64,000 bases of DNA from an uncultured Acidobacteriaceae bacterium (GCA_963744125.1 CAVUSG010000011.1:12182-76181); one strand, 5' to 3'; counted from the stretch's first letter, positions 44,807 through 56,697 are shown. The notes: generated from the sequence alone by a model not told the origin. Numbers and translations: made by a program.

Positions 44807-44830
44807 GAAATGCAACCGGAGTTTGGCGCT

Positions 44831-45934
44831 CTAGCGAGTTGGGCTGGATATGGCTGCTCCGGGGGTGGAAAAGAGGGATTTAGGGCACATAACGTGGACG
44901 CCGCTCTTGGTGTCGACTAGTTGTGTGATGTCAACGTCGCAGGCGGTGGAGACGAGCTGGTAGGCGTCGTCGCGGGTGAGGGCGGGGAGGGTTGGGCCGC
45001 CGGGAGTTGGGGGTTGGGAGAGGAAGGCGATCATGTTGCGGACGGCCATCTCGGTGGCGGTCTTGAGGTCTTCGCTGAAGCCCATGGCGATGTACTGGGT
45101 GGGGGTCTCGGCGCGGGGCCAGAGTAGGCGCGTCGAGTTTGGATCGGCTTTGTGGACGATGAACTGGAAGGTTCCGGTGAGCTGGGTCTCGAGGGCGGTG
45201 ATGTCGACCTCGCCGTTGCCTTGTCCGGCGTGGCCGTCACCGGCTTCGAAGAGTGCTCCGGCGGCGTGGACGGGGTAGAAGACGGTCGTTCCGGCGACAA
45301 GCTCCTTGTTGTCCATGTTGCCGCCATGCATCCAGGGTGGGGCGGAGTCGTATTTGCCGCCGGTGGGCGGGGCGATGCCCATGGAGCCGAAGAAGGGGTG
45401 GAGGGCGATGGTGACGCCGGGGGCGAAGGCTCCGGTCATGCGGTCGCGGTCGAGGGGGATGATGCGGGAGTGGGAGTAGGGGAAGTCGTCGGGGAGGAAG
45501 CCGCGGCCGGCTCCGAAGGAGTTGCAGGCCCAGGGGACGTCGATGGCGATCTTGAGGATGCGGACCTCGAGGACGTCGCCGGGTTTGGCCTCTTCGATGG
45601 CGACGGGGCCGGTGAGGATGTGGCCGCCGGGGCCGCGCTCGGAGGCGGGGACTTTGGCGTAGATGTCGGCTACGTAGGGGGGTATGTCGGCGGGTTTGAC
45701 GCCGAGGGTCTTGAGGCGCTCGGGTGGGCCGCAGGTGGAGAGGGTCTGCATGACGACGGTGTCGCCGGAGTGGATGGTGAGGGCTGGTTTGGCGCGGGCG
45801 GAGTAGTATCCCCAGGCTACGGTGGTGGGCGTGGCGAGGAGGGTCTGGGTCTGCTGGGCGGCGGCGGTGAGGGTCGGCAGGCAGAGGAGAATGATTGCGG
45901 CAAAGATATTCGTTACGGGTTTTCGGTGGTGCAT
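44831..45934 (-). CDS. Acetamidase/formamidase family protein, apparently secreted
   Basis: WGYY, GGHILTGPV, PFFGSMG, GGNMDNKEL, GDGHAGQGNGEV..TALE. Confidence 0.9.
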   Translation of the reverse strand: MHHRKPVTNIFAAIILLCLPTLTAAAQQTQTLLATPTTVAWGYYSARAKPALTIHSGDTVVMQTLSTCGPPERLKTLGVKPADIPPYVADIYAKVPASERGPGGHILTGPVAIEEAKPGDVLEVRILKIAIDVPWACNSFGAGRGFLPDDFPYSHSRIIPLDRDRMTGAFAPGVTIALHPFFGSMGIAPPTGGKYDSAPPWMHGGNMDNKELVAGTTVFYPVHAAGALFEAGDGHAGQGNGEVDITALETQLTGTFQFIVHKADPNSTRLLWPRAETPTQYIAMGFSEDLKTATEMAVRNMIAFLSQPPTPGGPTLPALTRDDAYQLVSTACDVDITQLVDTKSGVHVMCPKSLFSTPGAAISSPTR

Positions 45935-45977
45935 TTCGTCTCCGTTCCTTGCCGGTTGAGGAGGGTTTGGGGTGTCT

Positions 45978-46098
45978 CCCCCGCCCTCGGTGATTTTGCT
46001 CAAATTCTTCGAAACAAACGACTTATGTCCGGACCTTGGTTGCAAAGCCTTGATTCTAAAGGAGGTCTTTTGCAAATTCTTCCAAAGATGGGACTTAG
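45978..46098. repeat. Dispersed repeat TTTTGCKCAAATTCTTCRAAA..., copy 3
   Basis: Core at 45994-46034 plus two further sub-repeats. Confidence 0.75.
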
Positions 46099-46388
46099 CG
46101 GCGGTTTGGCGGCTAAGGCAGGTCTGGATTTTGGTTTGAGCCCCTGTGTCTATTATATGGGGGGTGTCAAGGGGTTTTGTGTGCCCGGGGGAAACAGGAA
46201 CGGGGATGAAGGCGGGATAAGGGCGGGATTATGACGGATGGATTTTAGGGGGTGGTACCGATGGACTCGGTATAGAAAAACAACGGCAAGGACAATTGGG
46301 TGCGAGAAGAGTGCGACGACTTTCCGATTGAATTCGTTATGAAAAGCGGCTCGATCGAAGTCTGGCGCCTTGGTGCTGATGGATGACG

Positions 46389-47231
46389 CTACGGTTGCTG
46401 CCCCTTCTTGAGGTGAAGGTCTACCAGAGCATCGACGATGAACTCATCGACAACGAAACCCAGCGCGGAACCGCCAAGAGAGCCGGCGAAGGTCCCAGCC
46501 ACTTCGCTGAAAGTGGTATTCCTCGCCGGGTAGTAGGTCATGGTGAGGGCAGAGCCGGCGGCGATTCCGGTAAAGAGAGCAAAGTTTGGCGTGGAGTGGC
46601 CGCTGTCAGTGCGGGTGATGAGGACACGGGTCCCCGCATAAACGATCCTCTTCAAGAAGGGTTGGCCCGAGCCCATGACGTAGTATCTGGGGTCTTCATG
46701 AAATATCGGAGCGAACACAGAATGGCTGAAGAGACTGTTTGAGGTGCCGCGTATAGCCTCTGCGCCGAGCCGTTGACCAAAGGCGCCGGAATCGGTTCCA
46801 TAGTTGGGACTGCCATTGGTCAGCTGCTCCCATCCCGCCACTGCGAGCGATCCTGTCGCGGCGAACGCCGAATTTTTGAGGCCGGCCACAACCTTGTCGT
46901 GTACCGTCATCGGATCGGCGATTTCGTCCGGTAAAACGATCATCTGGAGATGGGGTGAATGCTTGAGAATCACTTTGGGCGCGGAGACGAATGAGGCGTT
47001 ATCGGGATGTGCGGAGCTGCTCGAACTGCTGAAGAGGAATCCCGGTGAATCGGGAATATCCAGACGAGTGCCGGCGGCGATGCTGCCTGCGATGGGATTA
47101 CTCGCGAGAGGCGCCTGAGCGGCTGCGAAGGGAATCACTGCGATAAGCAGCGCGAGTGAGGCCCACGCAAAGGGGCAGGTAACCTGAGTGGGCCGGGGGA
47201 GCGGATCAGAGCGGCGCGGAGGAAAGATCAC
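46389..47231 (-). CDS. Hypothetical envelope/membrane protein
   Basis: Signal-like N-terminus; YGTDSGAFGQRLGA, FHEDPRYY motifs; 4-bp overlap with the upstream gene. Confidence 0.7.
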   Translation of the reverse strand: MIFPPRRSDPLPRPTQVTCPFAWASLALLIAVIPFAAAQAPLASNPIAGSIAAGTRLDIPDSPGFLFSSSSSSAHPDNASFVSAPKVILKHSPHLQMIVLPDEIADPMTVHDKVVAGLKNSAFAATGSLAVAGWEQLTNGSPNYGTDSGAFGQRLGAEAIRGTSNSLFSHSVFAPIFHEDPRYYVMGSGQPFLKRIVYAGTRVLITRTDSGHSTPNFALFTGIAAGSALTMTYYPARNTTFSEVAGTFAGSLGGSALGFVVDEFIVDALVDLHLKKGQQP

Positions 47232-48151
47232 TCTGGAGAATTACCCGCTTCGCTCCCGTCAATCAAGGCTGGCCAGGATTGTAGCGGGGAAGGCGGGCTT
47301 ACCTGTGCCTGGAACCCGACTCTAAGGTATTTGAAGAAGGGCGACTCGGAGGGAGATGGCGCCCGAACTATCGATGGCGTGCCTGGAAGGTCCGAATTGA
47401 TCAGGGAGGAGAGCTCGTCCCACACGCGGAAATCATTCTCGATTTCGTGATGAGGCTTGTTCAAGGTCCGAGAGTACCAACTATAGTTGCCGCAATTTAT
47501 GGGGCGGTCTTCATAGGTCATATGAATGTTTCCCATGATCTTCGTTCGCGCCGGATCGACCGCGACAATTTCCGGTGCCCCATGAAGCGGACCTTCGGTC
47601 TGGTAGAAATTGATCGCGCTTGCTACGTTTGGGGGGACCGCAGAGGCCTTGTGGCCCGGTTTAGCAATAGTGTCGATCTGGATGGTGAGGGCCACCGGAA
47701 TACCCAACTGCTCTAATTTGCGGGCGAATTCGACTGTCTCCGTTGCACCCCAACTGTGCCCGTAGATGATGATTGTGGCTTGCTCCTTCTCGATGGAGGA
47801 GAGGGCGCCGTCGTGGTCGGTATCGAGGAGGCGGACGACCTGATCGAGGGCCTTTCGTCCATGATGGTTGCCGAACACTTCCGCATGGATGGTTGGGTAA
47901 CGGTCGCGAAGGTATGCGGCAAACTGCACTTCGGGATGCTTTGCGTCGTCCCGACTAACAAAGCCTCCGACAAACCCAATGATGATCACGTTCCGGGTGG
48001 CGGGGACGATCGCCGCAGAACGCACTTCCCGAAGAGACATCTCCTGGCCATGTGCGATGACGGGTGCTAGAAGGGTCATTGCGGTCAAGACAAAAACAGG
48101 AGCGGTGAATTTCCAATGCCGATGGTTTCTAATGCGAGTTCTCCCGTTCAT
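47228..48151 (-). CDS. Secreted alpha/beta-hydrolase-like protein
   Basis: IIIYGHSWGA nucleophile elbow; candidate Asp (QIDT) and His (PHHEIE). Confidence 0.65.
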   Translation of the reverse strand: MNGRTRIRNHRHWKFTAPVFVLTAMTLLAPVIAHGQEMSLREVRSAAIVPATRNVIIIGFVGGFVSRDDAKHPEVQFAAYLRDRYPTIHAEVFGNHHGRKALDQVVRLLDTDHDGALSSIEKEQATIIIYGHSWGATETVEFARKLEQLGIPVALTIQIDTIAKPGHKASAVPPNVASAINFYQTEGPLHGAPEIVAVDPARTKIMGNIHMTYEDRPINCGNYSWYSRTLNKPHHEIENDFRVWDELSSLINSDLPGTPSIVRAPSPSESPFFKYLRVGFQAQVSPPSPLQSWPALIDGSEAGNSPE

Positions 48152-48474
48152 CGTCAGCTTCCCACCCGAAGCGACGAGGCACAATCACACTTGTGATGTA
48201 TCCGGGGTGCAAAGGTTGCGCATTTATCGGGACTGACGAGCTGTCCCATGGCGCTCCGACGGCGCTAGATGGGCAGGTAACGACTTTACCGACTCGAACA
48301 CGATCCGTCGTTGACCTTAAACAAGTTCAACAAAAAGTCAGGTGAGTGATCGCACGGTTGCGAAGGCTGCGCGCGGGTGGCTATGGAAAAACAATGCAAT
48401 GACAAATCCATGACAACCGGCGCGCGGGAAGGCAAATAGGCTTCTTGTGTCCAGAAAATAGTGGTTCGGGAGAG

Positions 48475-49455
48475 ATGATGAAGTCGTTTCGTGAGATTCA
48501 TGCAAGTGATTTGCAGTTCTATCCGTTGCGCGAGGAGCTGAAGTCGTCGGGGTATTTGCTGGTCAGGGAGTTGATTCCGCGGGGGGATGTGGATCGGGTT
48601 TATGCCGATATGGTGCGGGTTATCGATGCGGGGGGGTGGCTATTGCCGGGTAACAATCCGCTTGAGTGCGTGGCTAATCCAGAGGCTGCGTGTATCGATG
48701 GTGCGCCGGCTTTCCGGGACGTAGGTAACGAGGTCTTCAAACTGGAGTCGCTGCATCGCTTCATGCATCATCCGGCGGCGCGGCGGCTGATGGAACTGGT
48801 AGTGGGACCGCGAGTGCTGGTTCATCCGAAGGCGGTGATCCGGCTGATCTTTCCGAACTGCCCCGGAGCCCACTATCACGCGCACCAGGATCATGAGGGC
48901 GTCGCAGGGGACCCGGAGAGTTTTACCATGTGGACGCCGTTTCACGACTGTCCGGTGGAGCGGGGGTCGTTGCAGGTTATGGAAGCGTCTCATCATTTTG
49001 GGCTTCAGCACGGTCCCGCGCCTGGGCATGTTGCGCGAGAGACGGCTCTTGGAGGCGACTGGCTTGGGGGACAGATCAACGCGGGCGATGTGCTGATGAT
49101 TCATAGTTTGACGGTGCATGAAGCATCGCCGAACGGGTCGGATCGACTGCGGCTTTCGATAGATTTCAGATTTCAGGACTTTGCCCGCGCTTTCAACCCG
49201 GGGAACCTGGTTTTACCGAGAGGCAGGACGTGGGAGAGCATCTACGCGGGTTGGCGCTCCGAGGAGTTGCAGTACTACTGGACGGAACTGCCGCTGCACC
49301 TGAAGCCCTCGGCGAGTGAGCTGGCGGAGTTGGCTGAGACGGCTGATACTGCGGAGATGCGGACGAAATATGCCACGATGTTGAGGCTGATCGAGCCGCG
49401 GACCTCGATCCATGCCGGAGAGACTGTTTTTTCTGCTAGCAATCCGCAGCGGTGA
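48475..49455 (+). CDS. Phytanoyl-CoA dioxygenase (PhyH) family Fe/2OG enzyme
   Basis: HQD...W.P..D....GSL...SH, GDVL..HSLTVH...N...RLS.D.RF. Confidence 0.88.
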   Translation: MMKSFREIHASDLQFYPLREELKSSGYLLVRELIPRGDVDRVYADMVRVIDAGGWLLPGNNPLECVANPEAACIDGAPAFRDVGNEVFKLESLHRFMHHPAARRLMELVVGPRVLVHPKAVIRLIFPNCPGAHYHAHQDHEGVAGDPESFTMWTPFHDCPVERGSLQVMEASHHFGLQHGPAPGHVARETALGGDWLGGQINAGDVLMIHSLTVHEASPNGSDRLRLSIDFRFQDFARAFNPGNLVLPRGRTWESIYAGWRSEELQYYWTELPLHLKPSASELAELAETADTAEMRTKYATMLRLIEPRTSIHAGETVFSASNPQR

Positions 49456-49471
49456 TGTGCTGGTATGCAGA

Positions 49472-49516
49472 AAGGCCGGACAGTGGCCATCGGGTTCGAT
49501 GGGGTGTCCGGCCTTG
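49472..49516. terminator. Hairpin between convergent genes
   Basis: aaggccggaca/tgtccggcctt 11-bp stem. Confidence 0.6.
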
Positions 49517-49541
49517 TTGGGGTTGAAGGGTGGTGGTTGAG

Positions 49542-50339
49542 TTAGCGGGCTATGCGGCGGCGGATTGCTCCGGCAGCGCCGATGAGGCCGGTACCGAGGA
49601 GCACCAGGGTGCTGGGTTCAGGGGTGACCCCGGTAACGGGGCCGGTGGGGGCTGTGGTTACGCCTGTTGAAGTAATAGTGAAATTCAACTCGGCTGCCGT
49701 CTGGTTGAGGTCGACGAAAAACAGCTCGAAAGAGTTGTTTCCAGCAGGAATTATCGGTGTGGTGCATCCGACCGAGCCCGCGCCGTGGATTCCGCCGTCG
49801 CTGCAGGCGAGAACTCCGTCGATATAGACGAAGGCCATATCATCGGAGCTGATCGAAAACATTAACTGTTCGGTCGTCGGCGCGTTGATAGTGCCAGTCA
49901 GTGTTGCTGCCTGATACCCATCACAGGGTGAGGGGCCGTCGCACGTTCCAGTGCCGTTCGGGGCGAAAAAACTGGGGTTGTTAAAAGGTAGACTGACAGG
50001 CCCGCTGGAGGTTTCGGTTACGTAGGGGTTGGCGGCCGGATCCCAGTAGGTGATTTCACCGTCGGGTAAGAGCGATGTGGAAGTATCGACCCCGGGAGGG
50101 GTGAGGGTGAAGCAGCCTGAAGTGCAGCCATACGCTGGCGTGTTGAGTATGGGCAAGCCACTCGCCCCGAGGTTGTTCTGAACTTCGTTGGTAACGAGGC
50201 CGCCGCCAAGGTGGTTTGCGTCTGGATCGCTTGCGGAGATGGTGTAATAGGTGATGGTCAATTGTGCGGAGGCGATTTTTGCGCTGGCAAACAGACACAG
50301 GAGTGTAACTGAGGCGATTCGGAGTAGAGAGAGCTTCAT
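49542..50339 (-). CDS. PEP-CTERM protein with PA14/fibro-slime-like domain
   Basis: Signal peptide, SSDDMAFVYIDG...DGGIH, TPEPSTLVLLGTGLIGAAGAIRRR. Confidence 0.85.
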   Translation of the reverse strand: MKLSLLRIASVTLLCLFASAKIASAQLTITYYTISASDPDANHLGGGLVTNEVQNNLGASGLPILNTPAYGCTSGCFTLTPPGVDTSTSLLPDGEITYWDPAANPYVTETSSGPVSLPFNNPSFFAPNGTGTCDGPSPCDGYQAATLTGTINAPTTEQLMFSISSDDMAFVYIDGVLACSDGGIHGAGSVGCTTPIIPAGNNSFELFFVDLNQTAAELNFTITSTGVTTAPTGPVTGVTPEPSTLVLLGTGLIGAAGAIRRRIAR

Positions 50340-50666
50340 GACTTCGGCCTTCTTTCGGCCGGTCGACCCGGCGCGAGGGAATTTTCGTCCTTTGGCCCGG
50401 AGACTATTTACTTTGACAAGAGCACTTTTCTTGCCAAAGTCTCTGCGTAGTTAAGTTATTGAAAATAAAAATGGAATCAGCAGACTGGCCGCGCGAACGT
50501 GCACCGGCTTGCATGGTTGCTGGAAAAGTTTCTGCGGAGTAAGTGCTGACTCCTCTGAAACTCATCTGAAACTCACCTGTAATTGTGCGGGATTGCTGGA
50601 TGCCATGCCGGCAACGTTATTTGCGCGCGGATCGAGCCCGCCAGGAGGCTGGTAGAGTTGAGCGAT

Positions 50667-52085
50667 ATGTTTGTGCCGGGTCATTTTTTGTTTGCGCGGT
50701 CGCAGCGGATCCACTTTATCGGGATCGGCGGGATTGGGATGAGCGGGATTGCGGAGATTCTATTGACGATGGGGTATTCGGTCTCGGGGAGCGATCTGAG
50801 GCGGAGTGCGGTGACGGAGCGGCTGGTAGGGATGGGGGCACGGGTGTTTGAGGGGCATGCGGCGGGGAATGCTGCGGCGAGTGATGTGGTGGTGACTAGT
50901 TCGGCTGTGGCTAAGGACAATCCTGAGGTGGTGGAGGCACGGGCGCGGAAGATTCCGGTGATTCAGCGGGCGGAGATGCTGGCGGAGCTGATGCGGCTGA
51001 AGTATGGGATCGCGGTGGCGGGGATGCATGGGAAGACTACGACGACTTCGATGATTGCGGCGGTGCTGGCGGGTGGGGGGCTGGATCCTACGGTGGTGGT
51101 GGGGGGGCGGGTGGATGCGCTGGGGTCGAATGCTCGGCTGGGGAGTTCGCAGTACCTGGTGGCGGAGGCGGATGAGAGTGATCGCAGCTTTTTGAAGCTG
51201 AGCCCGGTGCTGGGGGTGGTGACGAACCTGGATCGCGAGCACATGGATTGCTATAAGGACATGGCCGACGTGGAGGGGGCGTTCGTGGAGTTTATGGACA
51301 GGATGCCTTTCTATGGGGCTACTACTGCTTGTGTGGATAATGCTTTGCTGCGGGGGATTCTGCCGCGGGTGCGGCGACGTTTGTACACCTATGGGTTTAG
51401 TGAGGATGCGGATTTTCGGGTGCAAATGCTGGCGAAGCGGGATGGGTGCCACTCGAGTTTTGAGGTGAACTCCCGGGGGTTGCTGCTGGGGCCTTTTGGG
51501 CTGCATGTTCCGGGGACGCATAACGTGTTGAATGCTACGGCGGCGGTGGCGGTGGGGGTGCAGTTGGGGGTTGCTCCGGACCAGATCGCTGCGGGGTTGG
51601 ATAGTTTTAGGGGAGTCGACCGGCGGTTTCAGATCAAGGGCGTGGTGCGGGGGGTGACGGTGGTGGATGACTATGGGCATCATCCGACGGAGATTATGGC
51701 TACGCTGAAGGCGGCTCGGGAGTGCGGGTATAAGCGGGTGCATGTGCTGTTTCAGCCGCACCGGTATACGCGGACTCGGGATTTGATGGCGGAGTTTGCG
51801 GGGGCGTTTGGGGATGCGGATACGGTGCAGGTGCTGGATATCTATGCGGCCAGTGAGGAGCCGATTGCCGGGGTGACGGCGGAGGCTCTAGTGCAGGAGA
51901 TTGGGAGGGGTGGGGTGGATTATGCGGGGTCGGTGGGGGATGGGGTGGCGGCGCTGGTTAAGGAAGCGCGGGATGGGGATGTGGTATTGACGCTGGGGGC
52001 GGGGAGTGTTTCGTCGGCGGGGGGGATGTTGCTGGAGGGGTTGGCGGGTAGCGTCCCGTTTGAGGCGATATCTAGAGTGAACTGA
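50667..52085 (+). CDS. murC: UDP-MurNAc:L-Ala ligase
   Basis: [47 protein letters not shown]. Confidence 0.97.
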   Translation: MFVPGHFLFARSQRIHFIGIGGIGMSGIAEILLTMGYSVSGSDLRRSAVTERLVGMGARVFEGHAAGNAAASDVVVTSSAVAKDNPEVVEARARKIPVIQRAEMLAELMRLKYGIAVAGMHGKTTTTSMIAAVLAGGGLDPTVVVGGRVDALGSNARLGSSQYLVAEADESDRSFLKLSPVLGVVTNLDREHMDCYKDMADVEGAFVEFMDRMPFYGATTACVDNALLRGILPRVRRRLYTYGFSEDADFRVQMLAKRDGCHSSFEVNSRGLLLGPFGLHVPGTHNVLNATAAVAVGVQLGVAPDQIAAGLDSFRGVDRRFQIKGVVRGVTVVDDYGHHPTEIMATLKAARECGYKRVHVLFQPHRYTRTRDLMAEFAGAFGDADTVQVLDIYAASEEPIAGVTAEALVQEIGRGGVDYAGSVGDGVAALVKEARDGDVVLTLGAGSVSSAGGMLLEGLAGSVPFEAISRVN

Positions 52086-52656
52086 GCGGATGCTTTCTTA
52101 CCTTTGCGTAGAGGTGCTCAAATTCGGAGAAGAGAGCTGGGTTGTTGGTTTGCATGCGCAGCTCGTGGATGAATTTCCAGATCTCTTCGTTTCCACCGAC
52201 GGTACGAATCGTTGAACCGAATAGAACGGCTACGTCTTCCAATGTGACGGTCTTATGTCGTTCCATCTGGCCGAGGTATTCCAGTGGATTCAGGATCACT
52301 CTCATGACTTCAGCTGTGCTTATCGTTTCGCGGGTGAAGGTGATTTCATACTCGATTGCTTCGATGACCTCTGTCTCCTGAGGGGCGACGTCGAAGACTT
52401 GGGTGTTTCGGTACCGCAGACGTTTCCTGGCGATGACTAACAAGACGGAGCGCTCTATGGGGGTGGAGAAGTCTTCGTGGAGTTTCTTAGCGAACTCGGA
52501 CTTGCGAGTGCGGACCAGCTCGGCGAGTTGAAAGTATCCGACCAGTACGAGGGCGACGGTTGCCACGGCGGTGAGCATGACCCAGAAGATGGTGGGGTCG
52601 AAGATGGTTTTGTGCCAAAAGCTCTCGGGCGGAAATGTGTGTCGCCACCAGTCCAC
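52072..52656 (-). CDS. Hypothetical single-TM protein (DUF4760-like pattern)
   Basis: GTG start with GAAGGGG RBS; TM helix, LNPLEYLG...FSEFEHLY; lower GC than neighbours. Confidence 0.6.
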   Translation of the reverse strand: MDWWRHTFPPESFWHKTIFDPTIFWVMLTAVATVALVLVGYFQLAELVRTRKSEFAKKLHEDFSTPIERSVLLVIARKRLRYRNTQVFDVAPQETEVIEAIEYEITFTRETISTAEVMRVILNPLEYLGQMERHKTVTLEDVAVLFGSTIRTVGGNEEIWKFIHELRMQTNNPALFSEFEHLYAKVRKHPLSSL

Positions 52657-52845
52657 GCGCGTCCCCTTCGTGAATACCGTTGAAGAATAACTTATTATGT
52701 CCGCAATCCGGGGTCGAGGGACCTGGATGGGTGAGTTCCTGAAAGGGTTCGGGGTGAAGGTTGGGGGATTTGGCGGGGTGGTGGCGGGTTATAGTCGATA
52801 TGGCGATTCTCGCGGCCTTGCTCGGGCGTGCGACGAAACGAGACT

Positions 52846-54334
52846 ATGACGAAGCGTGGTGCGGCGGTGCTGGATGCGCCGGAGCAGAGGTATGTCTCCG
52901 GGACGGGTGGGCCGCGGCGGGCTGCGGCTGGGTTGAGGCGGGATTTGCAGGAAGATTACGGACAGGATTTTGAGGACGACTTCGAACGGGAGTTCGGAGC
53001 GGGTGAGGGTGATTCGGAGCGGCGGGATGAGGGCGCTCCGGTAAGGCGGCGGAGTGCGGGGCGGGGTGGGGTGAAGAGATATGGGTGGCTGGGGTGGTTG
53101 CCGCAGACTCGCTGGGGACGGATTGGTGCGGGGGTTGGGGTGGTTGCGGTGCTGGGGTCGGTCGTGGCGAGTGCGCTGGTGGTGCGGAGTATGGTGTTGC
53201 ATGATGAGCGGTTTGTGATTCCGACTTCTGCTGCGATTGCGATTGAAGGGAATAAGCATGTGACGAAGGCGCAGTTGCTGAGCATCTTCGGCGGGGATGT
53301 GGAGCGGAATATCTTTACGGTGTCGCTGGCGGAGCGAAGGGCGGAGCTGGAGCGGCTGCCGTGGGTGGAGCATGCGACGGTGATGCGGCTGCTGCCGGAC
53401 CATCTGCGGGTTTCGATTGTGGAACGGACGCCGGTGGCGTTTGTGCGGCAGGGCGGCAACATTGGGTTGGTGGACATGAACGGCGTGCTGATGGACATGG
53501 ATTTGACTCCGGGAGCGCAGTATTCTTTTCCTGTGGTGACGGGGATTTCGGCGGATGAGCCGCTGTCGACGCGGGCGGCGCGGATGAAGATCTTCGAGCG
53601 GTTTACGTCGGAGCTGGATGCGGGTGGCGGGAAGATCTCGGAGGGGCTGAGTGAGGTGGATCTTTCGAGTCCGGAGGATGTGAAGGCGACTGATTCCGGA
53701 TGATTCGACTGGGAGCAGCAAGGAGTTGCTGGTCCACTTTGGGGAGAGCGATTTTCTGGAGCGGTACAACAAGTACAGGGCGCACCTGGCGGAGTGGCGT
53801 GCGCAGTATCCGAATTTGGCCTCGGTAGATATGCGGTATGAGCGGCAGGCGGTGCTGGAGATGATGCGGGGTAGTGCTGTTCCGGTGAGTGGTACGCAGG
53901 GCGCTACGGCTGCGGGGAAAGATGATGCGGGGAAGAGTGATGCGTCTGCGAGTCCGAAGCCTACTGTTGCGAGTGTGAAGCCTGTTGTTGTGGCTACGAA
54001 GCCTGCGGGCGTGGCCACGAAACCTGCGGTCGCCGCGGGCCATGCTGCTGCTCCGGTGGTTCCTCATGCTGCAGTTGTGGCTAAGCCTGCTTCGGTTGCG
54101 GGTGGACCGAGTTCGAGTGCGGCTGCGGCTCCGCCAGCTTCGACTCCGGGGGTGGTTCAGAGCGATGGGACGGTCGTGCATCATCTGATGGTTGCGAAGG
54201 ATGTTCCTGCGACGAAGAAGCCGACGACGAAGCCGGTTGCGAAGAGTTCCAAGAAGGCTGGCGTGAAGAAGGCTCCGGCGAAGAGTGCTGCTGCTTCTGC
54301 GCAGAGTCACGCGCCGGCGGCGGTGCAGCCATAA
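52846..54334 (+). CDS. ftsQ: Cell division protein FtsQ with long Ala/Pro/Lys tail (frameshift near 53695)
   Basis: TM helix, POTRA (IEGN..V....L, LERLPWVEHATV.RLLP..L.VSIVERTPVA), SVDMRY..Q.V. Confidence 0.9.
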
Positions 54335-54353
54335 TGGTTAAACAGGGCGAACG

Positions 54354-55596
54354 ATGAATCAGAAGCCAGACAATCTGATTACGGTGCTGGACGCGGGGAG
54401 CGCGAAGAGCGTGGTACTGGTGGCGGAGCTGCTGGATGGCGTGCTGCGATATCGCGGGCATGGCGTTGAGAAGTCGAAGGGCATGCGCAAGGGCTTGATT
54501 GCGGAGCTGGGGCCGGCGGCGGAGGCGATCAACCGCGCGGCGTTGACGGCGGAGCGCGTGGCTAAGGCGGGGATTGAGACTTGTGTGGTCGGGATTGGTG
54601 GGTCGCATGTGCGGGGGATTAATTCGCGCGGCGGGATCAGCATGGGCAACCGGATGAGGGAGATTACGCGTGAAGAGGTGAAGGCGGCGGTGGACAGGGC
54701 GCGGAGTGTGGCGCTGCCTCCGGACCGCGAGGTGCTTCATCTGTTGCCGCAGGAGTTCATATTGGATGACCAGGCGGGGATTCATGATCCGGTGGGGATG
54801 GTGGGGACTCGGCTGGAGGTGAATCTGCATCTGTCGACGTGCTCGGGTGGGGTGGCGCAGAGCGTGATTACGTGCGCGAATCGCGCGGGGCTGGAGGTGC
54901 TGGATACGGTGTATCGAGGGGATCGCTTCGGCGGAGGCGGTGCTGAGCGCGGATGAACGCGAGCTGGGGGTTTGCCTGGCGGATATTGGCGCGAGTACGA
55001 CGGAGCTGGCGGTGTTTTTTGAGGGGGCGATTGCGCATACGGCGGTGCTGCCGATTGGCGGGGATCACTTTACGAATGATCTTGCGGTGGGGCTGCAGGT
55101 GACGGTGGAAGAGGCTGAGTATTTGAAGCGGACGTTTGGGCATAGCGTGGTGACGGCAGTTCCGCAGTTGAATGAGATTGAGGTGGGTGGGAATCTGGCG
55201 GTTGGGAGCCTGGGTGGGGGTGGGCAGACGGCGAGGATGGTGCGGCAGAGATTTTTGGCGGAGATTCTGGAGCCGCGGGCGCGTGAGTTGTTTACGATGC
55301 TGCGGGATAATCTGCGGGCGGGTGGGGTGCTGGAGGCTTTGGGGGCGGGGTGTGTGTTTACTGGGGGTGGTTCGTTGCTGGCGGGGTTGATGGAGAATGC
55401 GGAGAGCCTGCTGCGGGTTCCGGCGCGGATTGGGTATCCGGTGCCGCTGTCGCGGATGCCGCAGGAGCTGGCGCAGCCGGAGTTTGCGGCGGCTGTGGGG
55501 ATGCTGCTGTATACGCATCGGACGCAGGTTCGGCGGGCTAGCGAGGAGCAGGGGCTGAAGGCTAAGTTGAAGGCGATTTTTGCGGGGAGCTTTTAG
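54354..55596 (+). CDS. ftsA: Cell division protein FtsA (frameshift near 54915)
   Basis: LDAGSAK, GMRKG, DPVGM.G.RLEV, DIGASTT, GGDHFTNDLA, TGGGS; C-terminal amphipathic helix. Confidence 0.95.
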
Positions 55597-55695
55597 CTTG
55601 AGGCTCGTGAATCTTGGGGTTGCGGAACTGACTCTAAAGAAGACGCTCAAATGAGCTATCTTTAAGACACATACTTCAGAGATCAGGATCCCAAT

Positions 55696-56697
55696 ATGCC
55701 GAAGAACGATACGCTTCCTTTTGCGATTTACTACGAGCAGCCGAATTGGTTTAAGCCGTTGTTTGCCGAGTTGGACCGTCGTGGCGCCAACTATGTGAAG
55801 CTGGATGCGGTGGCGCATTCTTACAGCCCGGATGATCGGAGCGAGGAGCAGTATTCACTGGTGTTCAACCGGATGAGTCCTTCGGCTTGGAACCGTGAGC
55901 ATGGCGATCAGATTTTTTATACGCTCGGGTTTTTGGAGCACCTGCAGAATCGGGGTGTGCGGGTGATCAATGGGCTGAAGGCTTATCGATCGGAGTTGTC
56001 GAAGGCTGCGCAGCTCTCGATGCTGGAGACGATGGGGCTGGGGTATCCGAAGGCTCGGGTGATTCATCGGGCTTCGCAGGCTGTGGCGGCTACGGAAGGG
56101 TTGCGTTGGCCGGTGGTGGTGAAGCCGAATATTGGTGGGAGTGGCGCGGGTGTGAAGCGCTTTGATTCGGTGGAGGCGCTGGCTGTGGCTTCGGGCGAGA
56201 AGGACGGGATTGCGCTGGGGATGGATTCGACGGCGCTGGTGCAGGAGTTTATTCCGGCGCGGGATGCGGCGATTGTTCGGGTCGAGGTGGTGAACGGGAA
56301 GTATTTGTACGCGATTAAGATACATATTACCGGGGAGACTTTTGATCTTTGCCCGGCGGATATCTGCAAGACGCCTACCGGTGTTGAGTTGAATCGTGCG
56401 GCTTGCCCGATTGATGCGCCTAAGTCGGGGCTTACTGTCGAGGCTTTCAATCCTCCGGCGGAGGCGATTGCGGATGTGGAGCGGATTATGAAGGAGGCCG
56501 GGATCGAGATTGGCGGCGTGGAGTATATCGTCGACGATCGCGATGGGAAGCGGCTTTATTACGACGTGAATGCGCTGTCGAACTTTGTTGCGGATGGGAA
56601 GCGGGTGCTGGGGTTCGATCCGTTTGAGCGGCTGGCGGATTGGCTGGAGGCTGAGGCGGCGAAGGTTAGTCCGGTTGCGGCGGGAGTCTCTGCCTGA
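55696..56697 (+). CDS. RimK/GshB-like ATP-grasp ligase
   Basis: VING..A....SK, PVVVKPNIGGSGAGV, LVQEFIP, GGVEYI, YYDVNALSNF. Confidence 0.85.
   Translation: MPKNDTLPFAIYYEQPNWFKPLFAELDRRGANYVKLDAVAHSYSPDDRSEEQYSLVFNRMSPSAWNREHGDQIFYTLGFLEHLQNRGVRVINGLKAYRSELSKAAQLSMLETMGLGYPKARVIHRASQAVAATEGLRWPVVVKPNIGGSGAGVKRFDSVEALAVASGEKDGIALGMDSTALVQEFIPARDAAIVRVEVVNGKYLYAIKIHITGETFDLCPADICKTPTGVELNRAACPIDAPKSGLTVEAFNPPAEAIADVERIMKEAGIEIGGVEYIVDDRDGKRLYYDVNALSNFVADGKRVLGFDPFERLADWLEAEAAKVSPVAAGVSA

Noticed and set aside
46151-46171. TTGACA and TATAAT on the minus strand upstream of the acetamidase gene
   Set aside because: Only 7 bp separate the hexamers, which is not a valid sigma70 spacing.
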